The notes beneath the pieces were generated by a model. That model was not told where the DNA came from, made no database searches, and saw nothing but the letters and a program-made list of their open reading frames with translations. Positions 56,909 through 64,000 of a stretch of 64,000 nucleotides of DNA are shown one piece after another. Within the stretch, counting starts at the first letter, position 1. Each line of letters begins with the position of its first letter. The translations under genes were made by a program, and so were the position numbers. This stretch comes from Candidatus Spongiisociaceae bacterium (GTDB taxonomy: Bacteria; Actinomycetota; Acidimicrobiia; Spongiisociales; Spongiisociaceae): assembly GCA_965219685.1 (NCBI GenBank), contig CBDCOH010000002.1:2112001-2176000 (forward strand), written 5' to 3'.

Positions 56909-57856
56909 CTACCTGCTCTCCCTCGCGAACGGTCTACCCAAAGCGTCCGGTGCTCCCAGGCGGCGGGCGGCCTCCGGGCGGGACGAAATCACCGCGAGCA
57001 CCAGGATGGTCATGATGAACGGAAGCATGGCCAGGAAGTCGGTGGGCACGCCGAACCCGACGATCTGGAACGTGAACCCCAACGTGGTGAGTGCGCCGAA
57101 CACGTACGCGGCCACCATCGCCCGCCATGGCCTCCATCCCGAGAAGATCACGAGACAGAACGCGATCCAGCCCAGCCCGGCGGTCAGGGAGTCCTGCCAG
57201 GTACCGAGTATCTGGATGGAGAGGTACGCCCCTGCCATCCCGGCCAGTGCCCCACCCACCAGCGTCGCGCCGTAACGAATCGCAACCACGGGTATCCCCG
57301 CCGCATCGGCGGTGGCAGGATCATCACCTACCGCCCACAATGAGAGTCCCGGCCTGGTACGGAACAGGAAGTAGCTCGCTACGGCCACGATCGCCCAGGA
57401 GAGGTAGATCACGACATCGTGGTCGAGGACGAGCGGTCCGACGATCGGCAGATCGGTCATGGCCTCCGGGAACAGACTCGAGAATCGGGCGCCGGGAGGC
57501 CGTCCGGTGAGCTTCGGGGTGGTGGCGTCACCGAGAAAGCCGGACAAACCCGTCCCGATGATCACGAGCGCCAAGCCGGAGATGATCTGGTTGACGCGCA
57601 GGCTGACAGCAAGGACAGCATGAACGGCAGCGAGCAGGGTGCCTGCGACTATGCCCACCAGCATCCCGAGCGCAAGGCTCTCTGTCTCGCTCGTGATCCA
57701 GAAGCCGCTCGCGGCTGATATCAGCATCATTCCCTCGATCCCGAGGTTCATGACCCCGGAGCGCTCCGCGAGGATCTCTCCGGTCGCGGCCAACAGCATC
57801 GGGGTGCCGGCAGCGATCATGGAAGCCAACGAGAGGATCAGGACCGTGTCGTTCAT
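56909..57856 (-). CDS. Nucleoside/purine ABC permease 2 (paralogue of 45678-46625)
   Basis: MNDTV start, GEILAERSGVMNLGIEGM, FSGWRPWR, RESR end. Confidence 0.9.
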   Translation of the reverse strand: MNDTVLILSLASMIAAGTPMLLAATGEILAERSGVMNLGIEGMMLISAASGFWITSETESLALGMLVGIVAGTLLAAVHAVLAVSLRVNQIISGLALVIIGTGLSGFLGDATTPKLTGRPPGARFSSLFPEAMTDLPIVGPLVLDHDVVIYLSWAIVAVASYFLFRTRPGLSLWAVGDDPATADAAGIPVVAIRYGATLVGGALAGMAGAYLSIQILGTWQDSLTAGLGWIAFCLVIFSGWRPWRAMVAAYVFGALTTLGFTFQIVGFGVPTDFLAMLPFIMTILVLAVISSRPEAARRLGAPDALGRPFARESR

Positions 57857-58956
57857 CAGCGACCGCGCCTTGCGACGAGGGTGACGCGGTAGCGGAGGAA
57901 GAACTCTCCCGCGGCCACGAACAACAGCACGAGACCTTGTAGCAGCAGGACGATGTCGATCGGGATGCCCATCTGCTGGAGCGCTGTCCCGGAACTGACG
58001 AGACCGGAAAGGAAGACCGCCACCGGAACCAGCATCAGGGGATGCAGGCGTGCCATGGAGGCTGCGATTATTCCCGTGAAACCGACCCCTGTCTCCAGCG
58101 CCGTGGGCTGGAGCGTGTGGTTGACGCCGGCCACCTCGACGGCTCCGCCGAGGCCCGCGAGGGCACCGGACACGCACAGCACGGCGATGATGTTTCGCGA
58201 GACGCTCATCCCGGCATATCTGCCGGCCGTCGGTGAGTCGCCTATGACCTTCGTTTCATAGCCCCACCGGCTCGACTTGAGCACCCACCACACCACCAGC
58301 GCGGCGAGAACGGCGACTAGGAATCCGACATGGAGGCGTCCCCAGAATCGGGGAAGCTCGGCTATTTCAGGAATCGGCTTCCCCGTGGCGTAGGCAACGC
58401 TCTCCGGATCCCGCCAGTAGCTGAAGCTCCCAAAGATCAGATACTCCATGAAGTGGGTCGCTATGAACGTCAGCATGAGGGTGGAGATGACCTCATCAGT
58501 GGAGAGGAAGACCTTCAGCGCTGCAGCGATTCCCGCCCACAACATCCCGCCGACGACTCCTGCAACCAGGATGGCGGGTATCAGCACCCAGAACGGTGCC
58601 TGCGGCAGAGCGATGGCAATACCGCTTGCCGCGACCGCTCCCATCATCAACTGGCCGTCCCCGCCGATATTCCAGATTCTCATCCTGAACGAGACGGCTG
58701 CGGCAAGCGCGGTGAACACCAGCGGCGTGGACAGCAGCAGCGTCCTCACTAGGGGATTCCTGCCACCGAAGGCCGACTGAACGAGTTCAACATAGGCTTC
58801 CAGAGGCGAGTGGCCATCGACCGCCAGTACAACTGCGCCGACCAGGGTGGCAGTCAGGACCGAGGCAATCGGAACCACAATCCGGGCCGCCGGCGAGGCC
58901 CTCTCTTTGGGCTCGAGACGCAGGCGAGCCCTCGGCACGTCGAAGGCCGTGCTCAT
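57856..58956 (-). CDS. Nucleoside/purine ABC permease 1
   Basis: WNIGGDGQ, DEVISTLML, GFTGIIAA.MARL. Confidence 0.9.
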   Translation of the reverse strand: MSTAFDVPRARLRLEPKERASPAARIVVPIASVLTATLVGAVVLAVDGHSPLEAYVELVQSAFGGRNPLVRTLLLSTPLVFTALAAAVSFRMRIWNIGGDGQLMMGAVAASGIAIALPQAPFWVLIPAILVAGVVGGMLWAGIAAALKVFLSTDEVISTLMLTFIATHFMEYLIFGSFSYWRDPESVAYATGKPIPEIAELPRFWGRLHVGFLVAVLAALVVWWVLKSSRWGYETKVIGDSPTAGRYAGMSVSRNIIAVLCVSGALAGLGGAVEVAGVNHTLQPTALETGVGFTGIIAASMARLHPLMLVPVAVFLSGLVSSGTALQQMGIPIDIVLLLQGLVLLFVAAGEFFLRYRVTLVARRGR

Positions 58957-58960
58957 GGAC

Positions 58961-60544
58961 TCATGATCTGCGTACCCCGGCCATCATCAACCCGATCGCC
59001 TCGATGTCGAACTCGGTTGGATCCACCTGCCCGACGATCTCGCCCTCGAACATCACAAGGATGGTATCGGCAAGGGCCCGGACCTCATCGAGATCCTCCG
59101 ATATGAGCAAGATCCCGAGTCCACCAAGCGCAGCCTCGAGAAGGAGCCGACGCACAGAGTCTGTTGCGGCGAGATCGAGGCCCCTCGTCGGGGATGCCGC
59201 CAGCAACACGTTCGGGCCCTCCGAGATCTCGCGAGCGAGAATGGAACGCTGCAGGTTGCCTCCCGAGAGGAGGCGGATGGGAAGCTCTTCACGGCCACCG
59301 CGGATGTCGTACTCCTCCACCAGCCGCTCCGCCCTCTTGCGGATCTCCCTGTCCGAGAGCAACAAGCCGCGCGAAATCGGAGGCCGTCGGTAAGCCTTGA
59401 GGGCGAGATTCTCCTTCAGGGACAGATTGGAAGCCAGCCCCATCACCAGCCGGTCTTCGGGGACGAACCCGAATCCCGCCTTGATGCGCGCACGCGGACT
59501 TCTGTGCGTGACATCTTCCCCATCGATCGTAACCGACCCGTTCGCGGTCGGCCGTAGCCCCGCGATTGCCTCAGCCAGTTCGCGCTGCCCGTTACCGGCC
59601 ACACCGGCGATACCGACCACCCTGCCTCTGTGCACATCGATACTCACATCCCTGACGGCGTCCCTCCCGCGGTCACCCAGCACCGACAGCTCCCTGATTG
59701 TGAGAACCGGATCCCCAGGTTCAGGCTTCCGGACGTGCGGCACACTCGGCTCCCTTCCCCGTCCGTGCAAGACGAAGTCTCTGCCCACCATCATCCTGGC
59801 CAGCCGGCTCGCATCGGCTTCAGCGGTGGCCACCTCGCCGGTCTTCCGACCATCGACGAGCACGGACACCCGGTCGGAGACCTCCAACACCTCGTCGAGC
59901 TTGTGGGACACGAAGACGATTGCCCTCCCGTCCTCAGCAAGCTTGCGGACCCTGGCGATGAGCACGTGGGACTCCTGCGGCGTCAGCACGGCCGTCGGCT
60001 CGTCGAGAATCAGCACCCGCACTCCGCGATAGAGCAGCCGAAGGATCTCCACACGCTGTTGCTCGCCGACGGAGAGTTGCCAGGTTCTTGCCGAGGGAGA
60101 AACCGGCAAACCCACATCCTCGATAAACGCGCCGATCTCTGCTTCGATCTGGCTTCTCGGTAGCCGCACCGGCGTGTTGGGATGTCCAAGCACCAGGTTC
60201 TCGGCCACGGTGAACCGCTCCACCAGCCTGAAGTGCTGGTAGACCATGCCGATTCCCTTCGCCAGCGCATCGCTCGGTGACCGGAAGACCACAGGTTGCC
60301 CCTCAACGGTGATCTCACCCGAGTCGGGCCGATACAGACCCGCCAGGACCGAGCACAAGGTGGACTTGCCCGCCCCGTTCTCTCCAAGCAGAGCGTGAAC
60401 CTCACCCCAGCGGAGATCGAGGTCTACGCGGTCGTTGGCCTGGGCACCGTAAAAGGCCTTGGAGATAGACGCCGCGCGGACGGCCGCGACCGGAGCAGCC
60501 AGCGCACTCTTCGTGTCCTCAGCCACAGGAACGCCGCCGGTCAC
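58961..60544 (-). CDS. Nucleoside/purine ABC ATP-binding protein
   Basis: WGEVHALLGENGAGKSTLCSVLAGLYRPD, identical to 49290-50885; LSGGNLQR. Confidence 0.92.
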   Translation of the reverse strand: MTGGVPVAEDTKSALAAPVAAVRAASISKAFYGAQANDRVDLDLRWGEVHALLGENGAGKSTLCSVLAGLYRPDSGEITVEGQPVVFRSPSDALAKGIGMVYQHFRLVERFTVAENLVLGHPNTPVRLPRSQIEAEIGAFIEDVGLPVSPSARTWQLSVGEQQRVEILRLLYRGVRVLILDEPTAVLTPQESHVLIARVRKLAEDGRAIVFVSHKLDEVLEVSDRVSVLVDGRKTGEVATAEADASRLARMMVGRDFVLHGRGREPSVPHVRKPEPGDPVLTIRELSVLGDRGRDAVRDVSIDVHRGRVVGIAGVAGNGQRELAEAIAGLRPTANGSVTIDGEDVTHRSPRARIKAGFGFVPEDRLVMGLASNLSLKENLALKAYRRPPISRGLLLSDREIRKRAERLVEEYDIRGGREELPIRLLSGGNLQRSILAREISEGPNVLLAASPTRGLDLAATDSVRRLLLEAALGGLGILLISEDLDEVRALADTILVMFEGEIVGQVDPTEFDIEAIGLMMAGVRRS

Positions 60545-60573
60545 CGACCCGAAACCCTATCGCCAGGGACTGG

Positions 60574-61743
60574 TCAGGACTCAGCTATCTCACCTTCGAT
60601 GTTCTGGTTCAGCCATGTGCAGCAAAGGACCCGCTCATCCAATGGAATCGTCTCTCCAGCAGCCACTTGGGTGTTTCCCTCATTGTCGACAAGTGGTCCG
60701 GCAAAAACGTCGAACGTGCCGTCGATGATCTGTTGACGTCGCTCCAGAGCCAGGTCAAGTACGTCTTGAGGGATATCAGGATGGAACTTGGATAGACCCA
60801 TGATCCCGTCGGCGAGCACTCCATAGTAGACGTGCGGCTCGAACGTGCCATCGCGTACGGATTCCGCCACCCAGACGTAGTAGGGCCCCCACTCGTACGT
60901 GAAGGCGGTGAGCCAATGGTCCGGCGCCAAGGCCGACTCGTCTTCACCGTAACCGAGGTACCAGGTGTCCTGGGCAGTGGCCACCTGGGCCGTGGCCGGC
61001 GAGTTCAGACCGGATACCAACACGTCGGCGCCCGCCGCCACGAAGGCCTCGGCGGCCTGCTGTTCCTTCGGCGGATCGAACCACGAGTTGGTGAATATGG
61101 CGAGGATCTTGGCGTCTGGATTCACCTCATGAACACCGAAGGCAAACCCGTTCAATTCCTTCACGACGCCCTCAAGCGGGAATCCGAGCACGTAGCCGAT
61201 GATGTTGGACTCCGTCATCGCGCCGGCGATGATCCCGTCGACGTACCTTCCCTCCTCGGCGGCGGCATCATAGGCTCCCGAGTTCTCCGTGTTCTCGTAC
61301 CCGCCCCAATGGAGGAATACCGTATCCGGGTACTGCGGAGCCACCTCTAGGATGTCGGGCTGGAAGAAGCTCGTCAGAATGACAATGTCATAGCCATCCT
61401 CCGCAAGCTCCGCCATCGCAGCCTGGCCGGGCTGACCGGGCAAGATCTGTTCCACGTTGACGGTCTCGATCCCAGGAAGCTGCTCCTCCACGTACTGACG
61501 CGCGCGGTCGTGACCCTGCCCCCAACCACCAACAATGCCCCCATCGTATATCCAAGCCATCCTGAGGCCTTCACCAGGCATAGCCGCCTCAGTGGTCGCC
61601 GGGGCCTGTGTCGTCGGTGCCTGGGTCGTCGGTGCCTGGGTGGTCGGCGCCTGAGTCGTCTCAACTTCATCGTCGCCACACGAAATGGCGACGAGCATAA
61701 CGACCACGGCTACAGCGAACGCCTTGAACATCCGGTTGATCAT
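60574..61743 (-). CDS. BMP-family substrate-binding lipoprotein
   Basis: AISC lipobox, (TTQAP)4 linker, GGWGQGHD, NSWFDP, GADVL. Confidence 0.9.
   Translation of the reverse strand: MINRMFKAFAVAVVVMLVAISCGDDEVETTQAPTTQAPTTQAPTTQAPATTEAAMPGEGLRMAWIYDGGIVGGWGQGHDRARQYVEEQLPGIETVNVEQILPGQPGQAAMAELAEDGYDIVILTSFFQPDILEVAPQYPDTVFLHWGGYENTENSGAYDAAAEEGRYVDGIIAGAMTESNIIGYVLGFPLEGVVKELNGFAFGVHEVNPDAKILAIFTNSWFDPPKEQQAAEAFVAAGADVLVSGLNSPATAQVATAQDTWYLGYGEDESALAPDHWLTAFTYEWGPYYVWVAESVRDGTFEPHVYYGVLADGIMGLSKFHPDIPQDVLDLALERRQQIIDGTFDVFAGPLVDNEGNTQVAAGETIPLDERVLCCTWLNQNIEGEIAES
61600..61659 (-). repeat. 15-bp coding tandem repeat x4 (TTQAP tether)
   Basis: ACGACTCAGGCGCCG ACCACCCAGGCACCG ACGACCCAGGCACCG ACGACACAGGCCCCG. 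Confidence 0.85.
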
Positions 61744-62046
61744 CTTGACTCCTCCCGTGTCTCGAACCTGCCGTTCACACAGCCGTGTAGTTATGTCGAC
61801 GCGTTCCTCCGGTACGTCGGCGGGTTCCTCCAGAATCGGACACTAGCAACGATGCATCGAGATTAGCCACCGTAAGCCGGTGTCACCGGCGTAGCAGAAC
61901 GTTACGGGAATGGCTTGCGCCAACACGACCACTGTTCCGGCACCCACCTGCCAGCCTCCGGACCTGAATCCCCGATGTGGAGTTCCCCCAGGTGGCCTAA
62001 CCCGGTCGGGCACCGAACTGGCCTTCCCGACCAATCGGGCGATCCT

Positions 62047-62212
62047 CTAATGCCGGTATGGACCGATAGTGAGTTGCACGCGGCCGGCTACGCGCTCGGA
62101 AGCCTGCTGTGCACGCTCCAGCAGTTGCCCCTCCTCCAACTCAGATAGTGCAGTGAGGCGACCCCCGTGCATCAGAATCCTGCCATCGACTACCACGGTG
62201 GCGACCTCGTGA
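62047..62212 (-). pseudogene. 3' remnant of a deaminase-type amidohydrolase
   Basis: Manual translation HEVATVVVDGRILMHGGRLTALSELEEGQLLERAQQASERV..., a typical C-terminus of MTA/SAH-, guanine- or AtzA-like deaminases. No N-terminal part; in-frame stop upstream near 62276. Confidence 0.65.
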
Positions 62213-62365
62213 CGGACATCGTGACGGCACCGGTACTGGCTCTCCAGGATTAGGCCGGTCCATTCTTTGAGAACCTAATCACGGCGGGGTACCCGCGGTC
62301 GCTTGGCCCACTGGTCCGCCTTTGATCAAGACCCAACACGCGTCAGGTTGGCCGATTGGCTCTAA

Positions 62366-63331
62366 CTATTCGGTCGAAAACGTGACTCCAAGGTCTACGA
62401 GCCACCGACGATACGCTACGGCCAAGCGATCCGACTTGAGGTGAAGTTCAGCCTGGAGATCAAGTGGCAGTAGCTCCGGACGTTGTGATTCCACGATTGG
62501 TACATCCTGGAATGTGACGCTGTCCTGCCACGCCCGGAGTTCTTGGTCGGTGTCATCGGAGAGAGCATCAAACGCTAGGTAGATCCAACCGGTACTCTGA
62601 AGTATGCCTCGCGGGGACACGAAAAGGATCACAGAGTATTTGGGACCTTCATTCTCGCTGATGAGGTATGCCGTGAGGGGCCGATAAACGTGGTAGGTCC
62701 AGAGAACCATCTCATTGCCTGTCCCCAGCATCTCTGGTGCATAGCAACCAACCCCCGTCGCGTGGATACCCTCCGAGCCGAACTCAACCCGGTAGTCAGG
62801 AATCTCTGGTCGTGCAGAGTCACCGAGAATACCGTCATGAACAAAAGACAGGTGGGCGATGTCCAAGAAATTCTCGATGGTGCGCGGTCCGCCGGCATCG
62901 AACTCGTAAGGCCCACAAAGGACCTTACGAAACTCTTGCTTGTACCAGTCGGGATAAGGTGGGATATCCCGATCAGGGTCTCCCAGAGTCACCCATACGA
63001 GGCCATATCGCTCCTTCGCCCTGTACGTATCAACCTTCGCTCGAGATGGGATCCTGGTTTCGGGGTGAGCCGGGATACGCACACATCGGCCGTCGGCGTC
63101 GTAAGTCCAACCGTGATAGGGGCATATCAGGCACGAATCCTGTACGCGCCCTAGGGAGAGTCGAGTGCCACGGTGGACACACAGATCTCGCCATGCCCTG
63201 AGCGCGCCGTTGTCACGCCAGATCACAAGATCCTCATCGAGAAGTCGAGTGCCCAGAACCTCTCCGTCGCCTATGTCCTTGGATCTGCAGACGGGATGCC
63301 AGTCATCAAGGAGTATCGGATCGTCCAACAT
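62366..63331 (-). CDS. Rieske oxygenase alpha subunit, most NdmC-like (no. 4)
   Basis: DDWHPV, CVH...CPYH, RTIENFLDIAHLSFVHDGILG, YHVYRP, FQDVPIVESQRP, AYRRWL..LGVTF. Confidence 0.9.
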   Translation of the reverse strand: MLDDPILLDDWHPVCRSKDIGDGEVLGTRLLDEDLVIWRDNGALRAWRDLCVHRGTRLSLGRVQDSCLICPYHGWTYDADGRCVRIPAHPETRIPSRAKVDTYRAKERYGLVWVTLGDPDRDIPPYPDWYKQEFRKVLCGPYEFDAGGPRTIENFLDIAHLSFVHDGILGDSARPEIPDYRVEFGSEGIHATGVGCYAPEMLGTGNEMVLWTYHVYRPLTAYLISENEGPKYSVILFVSPRGILQSTGWIYLAFDALSDDTDQELRAWQDSVTFQDVPIVESQRPELLPLDLQAELHLKSDRLAVAYRRWLVDLGVTFSTE

Positions 63332-63467
63332 CAGGTAATCCTCTCTGAACGGTGACACGCGAGACCTGGCAAACTGCCCACCATCGCCACGGTAACAGAG
63401 CGCCGGTGCCGAGGCCTCTCTCCGCTCGGAGCTTTCGGGACCGCCAAGCCCTCTCGCCGGCGACTGG

Positions 63468-64000
63468 TCAGGACTCAGCTATCTCGCCTTCGATGTTCTG
63501 GTTCAGCCACGTGCAACAAAGGACCCGCTCATTCATCGGGATGGTCTCGCCTTCGGCGATCGGCGTGTTTCCCTCATTGTCGACCACGGGTCCGGCGAAG
63601 ATGTCGAACTCGCCGTCGATGATCTGTTGCCGCCGCTCCAGCGCCCTGTCCAAAACGTCCTGGGGGATATCCGAGTGGAACTTGGAGAGACCCATGACCC
63701 CGTCGGCCAGACCCCCGTAGAAGAAGTGTGGCTCGAAAGTGCCATCGAGGACTGATTGCGCAACCGAGAGGTAGTAGGGACCCCACTCGTAAGTGAAGGA
63801 GGTGACCCAATGGTCGGGCGCCAGGCCCGACTCGTCCTCACCGTAACCCAGATACCACTTGTCCTCCGCAGTGGCCACCTGCGCCATGGCCGGCGAGTTC
63901 AGATTGGAGACCAGCACGTCGGCGCCCGCTGCCACGAAGGCCTCCCCGGCCTGCTGCTCCTTGGGCGGATCGAACCACGAGTTGGTGAATATGGCGATGA
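63468..64000 (-). CDS. BMP-family substrate-binding lipoprotein, 3' part; close paralogue of 60574-61743
   Basis: Near-identical C-terminus ...ERVLCCTWLNQNIEGEIAES; 5' end lies outside the window. Confidence 0.9.
   Translation of the reverse strand, partial: IAIFTNSWFDPPKEQQAGEAFVAAGADVLVSNLNSPAMAQVATAEDKWYLGYGEDESGLAPDHWVTSFTYEWGPYYLSVAQSVLDGTFEPHFFYGGLADGVMGLSKFHSDIPQDVLDRALERRQQIIDGEFDIFAGPVVDNEGNTPIAEGETIPMNERVLCCTWLNQNIEGEIAES

Noticed and set aside
1-64000. Prophage or integrative element boundaries, tRNA or rRNA genes
   Set aside because: No integrase, phage genes, att-like repeats or RNA gene signatures recognised.

Overview
High-GC, probably actinobacterial DNA. The Thr/Ala/Pro-tethered lipoprotein solute-binding proteins and a mycothiol-type formaldehyde dehydrogenase suggest Acidimicrobiia-like (inference). 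The whole 64 kb is one catabolic and uptake island with no housekeeping, rRNA, tRNA or CRISPR features and no recognisable transcription regulator. Oxidative enzymes: four intact NdmA/B/C- or VanA-like Rieske oxygenase alpha subunits with no reductase in the window, and four xanthine-dehydrogenase/CoxL-family molybdenum large subunits with only two medium+small pairs plus CoxG. Decarboxylation: three UbiD-family enzymes with what looks like a complete local prenylated-FMN supply chain (type-2 IPP isomerase Fni, UbiX, YclD/PhdC-like maturase). Other enzymes: an MscR-like dehydrogenase, amidohydrolases, a nitrilase-family hydrolase, a hydantoinase A, an SDR and a nitroreductase. Transport: three BMP-type nucleoside/purine ABC importers plus a duplicated BMP, an NMT1/THI5-type ABC importer with a displaced ATPase, a Dpp-type importer and two EamA transporters. 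Best hypothesis: an undescribed demethylate-hydroxylate-decarboxylate pathway for methylated N-heterocycles such as purines or pyridines. Non-coding features: degenerate 7-bp stop-codon-rich repeats at many gene ends, an IS5-family element inserted exactly in a stop codon, and an amidohydrolase gene remnant. Family assignments rest on motif recognition from memory, not database searches.
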